NCBI GenBank assembly: GCA_964019335.1
Contig: OZ025660.1
Location: 62,001 to 126,000, forward strand
Direction: 5' to 3'
DNA: 64,000 bases
From: Diplonema japonicum
Lineage: Eukaryota; Protista; Euglenozoa: Diplonemea
Below the pieces are notes generated by a model. That model saw only the letters and a program-made list of their open reading frames with translations. It was not told where the DNA came from and did no database searches. Both the position numbers and the translations under genes were made by a program. Shown here one piece after another: positions 1 to 9,634 of the stretch (position 1 is the stretch's first letter; every line of letters starts with the position of its first letter).

Positions 1-188
1 AGCTTCTCCCTCTGTCGCGTTGGGCCAGCTCGCAGCTGCTCGACTTGTGCAAATACCAGGTGGGAGGGAGAAGGGGGGCGGAGAAAGTTGAAAGTTGGAC
101 GTGAGGTTGCGGGGCAGGAAACTAACGCCTTGTCTCGCTTGGAGGCTGGCGACCTATTCAAAAAGAATTGCTTAGACCGGCGATCATC

Positions 189-347
189 CTATGCTGGCAG
201 GAAACGTGGAAACGTTTCCGTTCCCGTTCCCGTTTCCATACTTTTCAAAATTCTTATGGAAACGGCTTCCTTCTTAAGGAAACATAAACACGTTTCCGTT
301 TCCGTTTCCCTTTTTTTCAAAAAATGCATGGAAACGCGTTAGCATAG
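189..347. mobile_element. MITE-like element (159 bp) with short terminal inverted repeats and GGAAACG/CGTTTCC internal motifs
   Basis: CTATGCT at 189-195 and AGCATAG at 341-347; about 12 GGAAAC(G)/CGTT(T/C)CC motifs in both orientations inside; no intact target-site duplication seen. Confidence 0.55.
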
Positions 348-854
348 ACCTAACCGGGGGCCCTGACTTGAAGGAAGTAGGAACTCTGGAACTGAAAATT
401 CTAGTACCATTTACCTATTTATATCTTCCTAAGGTTGCATGCTGCTCAAGCGAGGATAGGCCACCCATTTCTTAAGTTGTTTTGTGTGGGTTTGTGCTAC
501 TATAGGCATGAGCTCCTCGAGATCCTCCCGTTCGAAAGTAGATGCTTTCGTCTTCAGGGGCCCTTGTTCTTCAGCACGCTTGCAAAAAAGTTTGACACCG
601 GTCCCATTCTAACCTTCTGGTTGCATTTTCCTTAAAAAACTGCCCTTATCTGGGAGTACTTGGTCCAAAGAGAGGAAGGGGCAGCGCCAACGTCATCTTC
701 AGTCGGTTCTTCGTCTTTCCCCACGAAAGTCAGCTCATGTTTTCAGGTACTGTGCTTTGCTTATTTCGGGTAGAAGACTCTCCTCCCTCTTCGTTTTCGG
801 CATTTGACGTTTTTCTTTTTGATGATCTTGAGCTCAGATGTTTAAAAAAAAATT

Positions 855-1013
855 CACTCTGCCCCCAATAATGTCACTCCCCCCCCTATAATTTGGCAGC
901 CACGGGCCATAAACACCTAAGTCCTGCCCATAATTGAGCTATCAAATTATAGCCCGGATTGTCAAATTATGAGAGGGGGGTAATCAGATTATAGGGGGGG
1001 GGTTAGGAGTGAA
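855..1013. mobile_element. Degenerate foldback/MITE-like element
   Basis: CACTCCCCCCCCTATAATTTG (875-895) is an imperfect inverted repeat of CAGATTATAGGGGGGGGGTTAGGAGTG (985-1011); internal CAAATTAT/ATAATT repeats. Confidence 0.45.
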
Positions 1014-1614
1014 GAAATTTCTGAACTATCAGATAAAAAAAAAATTCACTATGATAGCAACGAAGTGGTTAGCAACGCCCCGCCAAAAAAAAAAAAAAAA
1101 AAAAAAAAATCAAAAAAATAAACCTTGCTATCGCACGATATTGGTATTCACATTCTGCAAACAACACACGAGATCAACAAGGGAAGACATACAAGAGGAG
1201 GGGGGAAATTCCCGCCTGACGACCCCACTGGACAGCGTCCTGACTGTCATCCTGAAGAAGGCAAACGCTGTCTTTTTACTTTAGGCGGGGGCAACACCTT
1301 TCCTTTCAGAAGGCGACCTTACGACAAGAAGAGAAGAGGGACGAGTTTGCACGGACGTGGCTGATTGCGAAGGCAAAGAAACAGGAAGCGAAGCAGCCAA
1401 GGAACGTGGCAGCGGACTTTGACGAAACCCTGGGGGGGAATCAGGGGGATTCGCAGAAGTGCCCCAATGACATGTCGTAGAGAAAAGATGAAAACTAATA
1501 GATGAGAAGTAAAGATTTTGCGTTAGTAAATGGTTATTGCGTCAAGTTCACACCGGCCATAATTGACCACGTCTATAAGTCTCTCAAAAGGAGTTCATGC
1601 GTAACCCAAAAGGT

Positions 1615-2115
1615 CTAATGGGGGCAGTTGCCCGGACCACTCAAAGTGCACCTGTTGTGTTTAATAGAACCAAGGACTACATACTCGCATCTGTGGGAAA
1701 GATCACGCACAAAGCAGATGCCGCATTCCGTGTCCGAGCCCATTGTTGGGCACAGGTGGTTGTACTGCGTGTAAAGGTTGAGCGTAGTGTTGAAGTACTG
1801 AAATTCGGGCATGTTATCGGCACACGAGCCGTGCTTCTCCCATTCGTGTGTCCAGAAAGACTCATCACTCCCGTTGTCAGAAGGCCAGTCCTCCTTCATT
1901 TGCGGGAGCAGTGACTGGACCTCTGTCTCATTGAATGTAACGTTCCTGCAGTAGCCACTTGAAGCAGCGGCCCACTGCGGCCACAGCCCGTGAATGGTCC
2001 ACTTGGGCTGTCCAGCATCCTTAATGATTTGCAGTTTGTAATAATCGCCCACCCAACCTTGGGCATCGCACACGCCGATAACAGCGAGCAGAACAGAGGC
2101 GAGAGCAACCTTCAT
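1615..2115 (-). CDS. RNASET2: Secreted ribonuclease T2 family protein
   Basis: Signal peptide, CAS I WTIHGLWP, CAS II FWTHEWEKHGSC; probable in-frame 33-nt intron 1652-1684 (GTATG...ACAG). Confidence 0.93.
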   Translation of the reverse strand: MKVALASVLLAVIGVCDAQGWVGDYYKLQIIKDAGQPKWTIHGLWPQWAAASSGYCRNVTFNETEVQSLLPQMKEDWPSDNGSDESFWTHEWEKHGSCADNMPEFQYFNTTLNLYTQYNHLCPTMGSDTECGICFVRDLSHRCEYVVLGSIKHNRCTLSGPGNCPH

Positions 2116-2203
2116 TTCCTTGTCTTTCTATTTCCTATGATAACATGTCACTGGCTGTGTTTAAGAGTTGGATATCTAAGTTGATGGTGTGGTCCTGTAA
2201 AGG

Positions 2204-4570
2204 CTACCGTTTCCTGTCGATACCCTTTGCTTTGTTTTGCTTTAAGTTCACAGCACTGAACTGTTCATCGATTAACATTTGCACCTTCTCAGCGAGAGGC
2301 ACGAAAGGCGAGGGGTAGAGGAAAGCTGCGAAGCACACAGTGCACTCCTCGAATTCGCTGAAGACCAGCGTGCCCGCGTCATCGTTCCCATCGCCGATCT
2401 GAACCGCGTTAAACATGTCGAGTAGGTCCTCTTCTGAGATGCGCTTGTGGAGCAAGCCTGCGTCGCTGAGGAGCTTCTTGACTTCTGTGATAGACAGGGC
2501 GTGCCCTTGCGACTTGCCGGACTTGACATCAATCGTAGAGTATGATTTGAATAACTTCAGCAGCTTAGCACGTTGCTTCTTGATGACACTCTGCACAGAT
2601 TCAGACCACAAATGCGTTTTGAAGTCTGCGGTGCTCAGCACGGTCATGCCTGCCTTCGGTATAAGATACTGCTCTAGAAAGATGTCAAGCGCGTACGAGT
2701 GCGGGACTGCGTCGCTCACGTCAATCTGCGTTATCGGTGTCCCGAACTTCAAGACGGCTATCCGCAGGATGATCTGCACAAACTCATTCGCGACAAGCGA
2801 GTTGTCTGGGTTAAAAGCCATGCTCTCCTCCTTCGCACCCGACGGTTTGTTCCGCATGTTGACATCTGCAAACAGCGCCGCAGCATGCGCCTTCGTGAAG
2901 GACACCTCGACAAGTTTACACTCCGTACAAAACCTCCAGAACTGACTGAAGTCCATAGTAGGGTGCTTCTTAGATTCTGATCCACAATAATACACAAACG
3001 CCTTTTTGACATGGGGGAAGCAGTTTGTCAATGCTGTCACCAGCGCTAGCAAGCCTTCTTCATCATCCTGCTGGCTGTCAGGTGTCGTAGAGTAAAGTTC
3101 CGGCAGCTGGTCGCTCCTTACGTCGAAGTATGTCTGGTGCTCGCGTTGGAGTTCGCGCTCCTCCTGCTTTGTGTGCATTCTCACAGGTGTCCCCATAACA
3201 CGGCTTGTCACTTGCATCATTTTGTATTCGTCCACAACCAGCATGCTGTCCACCCATGCATCGTGCCGTGCTGTTACCGCACTAAAGGACAGGTCGGTAG
3301 AACTATGTGCCGCGCATGTGTCACATTGCCACAGCACGCTCACAATGGCTACAACAACCTCAGGCAAGGCTTGCGCTATGTCACCTGGCCTTGTGGCACT
3401 GTCTGCCCCTATCCTCTTCAGCTCGCTGACAACGCATTCCAACCGATCACTCGACTCGAGTAGCGTGTCTGCCTTGGCAGGATTCAGGCAACACAGCAGC
3501 ACGACCAGAGCATCCCCAGACTTCCAGTCCGTACTGAAATTTGTTAGGATCGCCAGTGGTGGCTTCTTCTTGTGTTTGAACTCACTTATTCTGTCATTTG
3601 CCCACCCCAAGAGAATCTCTAAGCAGCACTCATGCAGCTGTGCGCCACATGTGCTGCTCGTCGCAAGCCGTTTCGTCTTCGACAAGTAATCACACAACGC
3701 ACCTGAAAGATCTCGCGAGCAATTGATCTTGAATTCGTTCTCTTGACACAGCATCTCGATTGCCCTTAGGTTGTCCTTCTCCTTCCATGTTACGTCACGT
3801 GTGACGATGATCTGCGAGAGTAAATCACTCTTCTTCTCGTATTGCTCAGTTTTTAAGTGTTCAGTTTGTGTCTTGTTCTGCTCCAGGATGGTCAAATTCT
3901 CCCGTATTTGCGTCCAGCACCTATCGACATTGCTTTGCGTTGTGACCACCCGCCACGCAGAAAGGACCCTATGCAAGATGCCATGCACACGCTGCCGGTT
4001 GAAGAGGGCAATGATCTTGTCAGTGTTCATTTTGCTGCGCCGGATGTTCGTTCTCCACGATGCGAAGACGCGCCATAGGATAGAGGACTGCCAGTTCTTC
4101 ATTGCGCGTGCGAGAACATTCGACCGCACTGTGATAGCTTCTCCCAGAGCATCTGCACTAGCTTCAAAACTGAGCCATTTCGATCTGAAAGCAGCGAAGC
4201 CTGATCTATATGTATCGCGTACCAAGTACCCTTCAAGCACCTTCTCTCCAAACACACCTGTGAAGGCCTGGTGGAAGAAGACATCTTCCGCATGTGACTC
4301 AAAATAAATACTACGTTGCAACTCATCGAACAGAGCTGTTAAAATACCGGAAAAGCACCCGCCATCAGAACACCATTCGTGGAATAAAGAGCAAGACGCT
4401 GCTAATTTTACTTCTTGGTCTCCCTCATTGAGTAAGGCTTCTAACTGCGCGGTGTCGGGCTTATTCGGAACGCGATTTAAGTGTGAAAGCAACTGCCTCT
4501 TGTGATTGATCCCAGATGAGGCCTTGTTGCGCAGCTTCCTCCCAACCTTGATTCTCATCTTCACCTGCAT
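2204..4570 (-). CDS. Calponin-homology and EF-hand-like domain protein (788 aa)
   Basis: CH motif LLGWAN...LTNFSTDWKSGDALVVLL; coiled coil; C-terminal degenerate EF-hand-like segments (MDFSQF, LVFSEFEE). Confidence 0.75.
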   Translation of the reverse strand: MQVKMRIKVGRKLRNKASSGINHKRQLLSHLNRVPNKPDTAQLEALLNEGDQEVKLAASCSLFHEWCSDGGCFSGILTALFDELQRSIYFESHAEDVFFHQAFTGVFGEKVLEGYLVRDTYRSGFAAFRSKWLSFEASADALGEAITVRSNVLARAMKNWQSSILWRVFASWRTNIRRSKMNTDKIIALFNRQRVHGILHRVLSAWRVVTTQSNVDRCWTQIRENLTILEQNKTQTEHLKTEQYEKKSDLLSQIIVTRDVTWKEKDNLRAIEMLCQENEFKINCSRDLSGALCDYLSKTKRLATSSTCGAQLHECCLEILLGWANDRISEFKHKKKPPLAILTNFSTDWKSGDALVVLLCCLNPAKADTLLESSDRLECVVSELKRIGADSATRPGDIAQALPEVVVAIVSVLWQCDTCAAHSSTDLSFSAVTARHDAWVDSMLVVDEYKMMQVTSRVMGTPVRMHTKQEERELQREHQTYFDVRSDQLPELYSTTPDSQQDDEEGLLALVTALTNCFPHVKKAFVYYCGSESKKHPTMDFSQFWRFCTECKLVEVSFTKAHAAALFADVNMRNKPSGAKEESMAFNPDNSLVANEFVQIILRIAVLKFGTPITQIDVSDAVPHSYALDIFLEQYLIPKAGMTVLSTADFKTHLWSESVQSVIKKQRAKLLKLFKSYSTIDVKSGKSQGHALSITEVKKLLSDAGLLHKRISEEDLLDMFNAVQIGDGNDDAGTLVFSEFEECTVCFAAFLYPSPFVPLAEKVQMLIDEQFSAVNLKQNKAKGIDRKR

Positions 4571-4606
4571 GATTGAAGCTGGTAGTCTCGTAGAGAAAGT
4601 CTACTT

Positions 4607-4892
4607 CTATATCGATGGCATCGTATACATGGGCTTCTGGCCGCATTTAATACACCGTTCAGCACCTGCAGGCACGTGACACTGCGTCCCGAACAGGATG
4701 ACAGCAAGCACCAACGATATCCCGACCGCCTAGGAAGTGTGTCACTCAAGCAGAAAAAGTGCTACATACAAAAAGGATGCCCCCCAGGCTCGAAGCCGCA
4801 CCCAAAGCAGAATCGGTAATGACGCAGATCAACGAAATCGAACCAAGCAACACCCCCAGCACACCCACCGGCAAAAACCCAATGCAGCGCAT
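4607..4892 (-). CDS. Small (81 aa) hydrophobic membrane protein with CxxC motif, two exons
   Basis: ATG 4892 preceded by ACAG; 40-nt intron 4730-4769 (GTATG...CTAG) joins MRCIGFLPVGVLGVLLGSISLICV...GGILF to AVGISLVLAVILFG...CIKCGQKPMYTMPSI*; fills the gap between two genes. Confidence 0.6.
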
Positions 4893-4961
4893 TCTGTTTA
4901 AATGTATCCTGTGTGGAGTGAAACACGGATGTTGAGGGGGAAGGTACTCTAATGTTTCCGT

Positions 4962-7670
4962 CTAACTGTTTTCCCTCGAAAATCGAAGGGGCAGGAATGA
5001 TAGCAGCCCGTCCGACCACATGGCAGATAGCACCGCGCCAGTGCTGTGTAAGGTGTGGAGGGACGTAATGCATACCTTGCGTTCCGAGCAAAAGATAACA
5101 ACGGGTACGACAAAGGAGTGGCAGTGTGCAGGCGCGACAGGCCAACGGGCTTCATCTGCAATTGTGAAGACCTCGAATTGGGAGTACTAAGGTGGTAGAT
5201 GGCCACAAGGCCATCCCGAAGGGCGACAGCAAGACGCTCGCCAGAGGGATCCACGGCAAGCGTGGAGACGATGCCATATTTTTGGCTTTCACCACATTCA
5301 CCTACCCATAGGCCATTGCTTCCTTTGTAGGGCTCAAAGTGCTCGCACAGGGAGAGCGTGGGTTTGAGCTTGCCCTCGTCGGAGTAGAACCTCATGCACA
5401 GTACATCAGAGCCATTCTGAAGATGGAAAAAGAGTTGTCCACTGGGATGCCATCTCGGGTGGCACACAGGGCTCGGCAGGTAACATTCCGTCGCCTTCCA
5501 CGATGACGTCTCATATGCTACCATCATAGGGCGGTGCCCAGTGGTGAACACCAGTAGCTTGTCGTCTGGCGAGAAGGACACAGACCTCGCACCACCGTAG
5601 GAGTCGGTCCACACCATCTGCACCTGTGTCAGGAGATTTATTACCGTTAAGAGTCATGCACACCTTACGTGTCGCTGCCTCCTCCAGCGGCAAGCTGAGG
5701 TCAGCAACAGAAAATGTCGCCGACTCCTTCCCTCCGTAGGCCAGATACCGGCCGCTGATGTTTGAGAAGCAGAGAGTTGTAACTGATCCATTGTACGGCA
5801 TCAAGTACCAGGGGGGCATCTGAGGCGGTATAATCTTGCTGCTGTGCACACCTTTGATATCACATCAACGTTCGTTGCGAGGCTGCGGTACGCAGCGAAC
5901 ACGCCTGCCTTTTCTTCTGGCGACAACTGACTTTTTGCAGAAGCTGCTGATATTACCGCGCCCTGAAAAGTGTGAAAAGGGGCTGAAAGGGTTGTTCTTA
6001 CCTTTGCCACTGCCAAACATGTGCTTTCTAGATCCCACAAAACAACACCTCCCTTGCATCCCACAGCCAGCACACCTGGACTGCTGCTGAACGACAAACA
6101 GAATATCTGCTTTTGTGAAGGCGCCCTCAGAACACCGATGAACGCTTCCTTTTCAACGTTGTAGAGTAAAACGGAGCCTTGCGTCTTGCCGTCCTTGTCG
6201 CCTTCCATAAGAAGCCCTTTCACGGCAATTGCAAGTAAGGCGCTGCTTGCATCCCAAGCGGTGTCCAGCACGGAAAGGTCGGACCCTGTTGGACCTGCGT
6301 ACCGTTCCTGCCACACGGTCGGTTCTTCGGATGAGGCCTCAACGCGGCGGCGTTTCGCCTGCGGCTGCTCTTTGTCAACGTCCGAAGAAGGGTTCAACGA
6401 CAGGAAGCCATAAACGATCTGTGGTGCACAAAAATTAATTAATGAGGAGAAGATGCAAAATTGACCTAAAGTTCGTAGATTCAAAACAAACCCCCTTAGT
6501 TTGATGCTCAAGGTCTATCATTGAGGATGGAAAACCCGGTTCCCAAGGTCTCATAAATCTCAACGTAGTACCCAAAGGTGAGAAGAGGATTCCAGTAAGA
6601 GTGAAAAGCAGAACTTGCCAACACCACCAAGAGAGCGAGGGAAACGCTAAACCCTCAAGAGCGCAGCTTAGAAGCAAAGGCTTTCCTCTTTCCTTAAATG
6701 CTGTAATCCCTTTAAAACACCTCCGACGCAGCCCTCTAAGAAGTAACCCTGGCTGCCCCTTTTCTTGGGACAGCAAGACCTTTGGCTTAGATGCGTAACG
6801 ACACCTCCCCTTAAGCGAGTCATTTCAGTTCTAGGCAGAGAAACAAGAAAAAGGCAAACCCCGCACCCCACGTACTGTATAGTACACTTGGAACCGACTG
6901 GGGGTCGTACTGAGCATCACCTTTTTCGCTAAAAGATCGAGCTTTCTTTCTTTCCCTTTCAAGTTGCTTATTGGAACACAACCTTACTGAGCATAAATGA
7001 AAAAAAGGAGGACCAAGGGACTTTGTAAACCAAGGGGTTTTTGAGCATTTGAAAATTAAAGGGTGACTCAGAGCGTTTCCCCGAGCTTTTATAACTGGGC
7101 TGACTTTGAGCACTCTTTGAAAACTAAGGGGTGACCTTGAGCGTTTTGGATGGCTCAGGGGACGAATTTTGAGGGGGCGGACTTTGAGCATTTCGAAAAC
7201 CTGGGGGTCAAGTTAGCACTTCACCCGTTAGTAAAGCAGACATACCGCCCCTAGACCAGGGTGGCTACCCGTTCGGCTTATAATGTCACCCAGTTTGCTG
7301 TAGAGACCCGACAGTCCGCTGAAATTCATCATCTTTAGCTTTCCTTTTGGCTTGTGAGGCGCCGGAAGATCCGACCCTGCGAGGAACCTCCCTGAAGCTT
7401 CTAATCCTCGGGACCCTGTTGTAATCCATTTCCTGTATGAATCTTTAGCATCTTCTTCGATCATACGTTTCATATATCTTCCCTGTCTCCAGCACAAACT
7501 TCTTGCTTTCATCGTCTAGGTCCGCTGCGTGCACCAGATGCCCAGCAACCTCTGCTATTGTGTACTCATCTGTGATGTGATAGGTTACGGCTTTGCACCA
7601 TACCCTCAGGGGGAGGGGCTATGCCCTCCTGAACCAGCCGCGATTCTGATAAATTCTGCTGAAATAGCAT
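4962..7670 (-). CDS. AAAS: Aladin (WD40 nucleoporin), 8 exons
   Basis: Spliced protein has N-terminal APPPEDEYTIAEVAG, WD repeats, AVDPSGERLAV and C-terminal GAVLSAMWSDGLLSFLPLRF, all matching Aladin motifs; introns 7570-7603, 7433-7466, 6419-7245 and four of 32-40 nt restore the frame. Confidence 0.88.
6444..7226. mobile_element. Non-autonomous Mutator/foldback-like insertion inside Aladin intron 3
   Basis: About 6 tandem degenerate 27-30 bp units GACTTTGAGCA..GAAAACTAAGGGGT at 7027-7210, inverted copy CCCCCTTAGTTTGATGCTCAAGGTC at 6491-6515, degenerate G-rich termini; no transposase ORF. Confidence 0.6.
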
Positions 7671-7783
7671 TTTCTTCTTCCTTTCTTTCCCCTCCTCTAT
7701 TTGAAAACCATGAATCAACGAAATGCGAGAGAAAACAGACAAACAAAATCTACATCTACAGTCTAAGGTCTATCCAATCTCTA

Positions 7784-9491
7784 TCAGTAAGCGTACTCAC
7801 TGTCATAGCTAGTGTGCGCCCACGAGTCGCTCTGTTCGAGGGTGGTGGTCGCTTGTTGGGGATAACACGAAGAGGTGTCGGGGAGGTCGTAGTTGGGATT
7901 GTGCGTCCAATCACCTGCGATCATTGGTTTTGCGATGTTGTTCATACCTGAAGTTGTGGTGGTAGTTGCGGTGGTGGTAGTTGTGAGGGGCGTCACGGGG
8001 GACGAGGGATGAGGCCCAGTTGGCTGCTGACCTGTTGGGTAGTAGAATGATGGTGGGAGTTTCAAATCTGCCAGTGTCTCTTGCTTTCTCCAAGTGATTA
8101 AAGGGTCGGCCCTGAGCTCGGCATCGATCCGGGCTCTCTTTATTGCCTCTTTCTTTCTCCAGGTGATTAAAGGGTCCTCCTTGAGCTCGGCATCGATCCG
8201 GGATCTCACCAGCATATTCATCACGGACCTGCCATAGACGTGTGTCTTCAGCACCGCGGCGCCGCTGTTCAAGGACTTTGCGATACGAGCCTTTTGGCTC
8301 GTATCGCAAAGTTCATAGACACGCTGCACAACAAAGTTTCCGAACTGATCCGTCGCAAGCTGCGTCATAAACGGGCAGAGCTCTTCGAGGAGCGCATCAC
8401 GCAGGGACGGCGGTGCCACGGAGAAAGCAGTTTCAACTACATTTGAAGCATGCTGAAATAGGAGATAGTGGAACCTCTTAAACATACCTTGTGTCTACAA
8501 AGGATGCCGTATAACCCTCGTAGCAGGTAGACGGGCTTGAGGCCGCACTCCTGTTTGCATTTCATTACAGCTTGCACAACGTAATTGCCAAACTCGTCGT
8601 CAGTCAGCAGCCTCAAATCTACGATGACTTCATCCACGATGGACCTGATAATGGCCAAGCTGCTGGGCGTGCTGTTTTCAACAAGAACGCCGACCAAGCG
8701 TTGGACCACCCGGCACCCGTACTTCTGGCATGAGATAGCAAACACGTTTCCTTGAAGCTCCTGTAGATATGGTTTGCTTTACTGCAGAAAAGCCTACCTT
8801 GGCAATGAATTCAGCACAATCGGGGAAGGTCTCGAGGAGCCTCTGCAGCACGTGGTTGCCATGCCGGTCACCCGACAGCTTTAGCACGTGTGTCTTGAAG
8901 TAGCATGCAAGGTCACGACCTTTCGTTGTCTGGTTGTGTATTAAGGTGAAAGAAAGGAGAGGCTTGTACCTCCAGAGCCTTCTGAACAACACGGCATCCA
9001 AACGTGTGCTTGGAAAGCTCGATTGCCCGTTCACCGATCAGCGTGTTCAGTGTGTCTCGCTGCTCGGAAGTACTGTAGTACAGGATGCGCTGCACGACGT
9101 AGTTCCCAGACGAGTGTTCCATGAGGTCATGAAAAAACGGCTTCAGACCAGTGTAGACATGTTCCCTCTCTTCGTCAGGAACACTGTTGAGGATGGTCTG
9201 TAGCTTCCTCGACCCTTCTTTGTCCGTCGCAACATTTGCGATGTCGGGCAACAAGGCATGCAATTCGGAGATCGCAGTCATCGACGGCATTACATGAGGC
9301 CGGATAGCAACAGGCCCTGGGTTGGTTATGATGGCTCATCACCACATACTAGTCGGGTCAAGCGTTAAAGAGATTTCGCTCAACTGTCTGCTCAACGTCC
9401 CTTCCGATGGGACAGGCCTGCTGTGATTAACTTCAACAAAAACATACATGGCAGCAGGGTTCACAGGACCACGTCTTGCGGTGGTTGGCAT
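7784..9491 (-). CDS. Pumilio/PUF RNA-binding protein, 6 exons
   Basis: PUF repeats (GSRKLQ, GNYVVQ, GCRVVQ, GNHVLQ, GCRVVQ, GNYVVQ, ASNVVE, GNFVVQ) joined by five 27-40 nt GT-AG introns. Confidence 0.92.
8084..8202 (-). repeat. Internal 69-bp-period tandem duplication in the PUF gene
   Basis: RIDAELKEDPLITWRK and RIDAELRADPLITWRK, near-identical at DNA level. Confidence 0.85.
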
Positions 9492-9634
9492 CTTCCTTCT
9501 TTGTTGTTTCAGGAAACTGTGGTGGGAGGTTCAATTGCGCTAAGACAACGGAAAAGAGACCGACAGCAAGCATCTGAAGAAACAGAAATGAACAGAAATA
9601 TCTCGCATTGTATGTAACTATTGTAAAATAGCGA

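Noticed and set aside
7027-7215. CRISPR-like array
   Set aside because: The repeats are degenerate and abutting with no unique spacers, the context is a eukaryotic intron, and there are no cas genes
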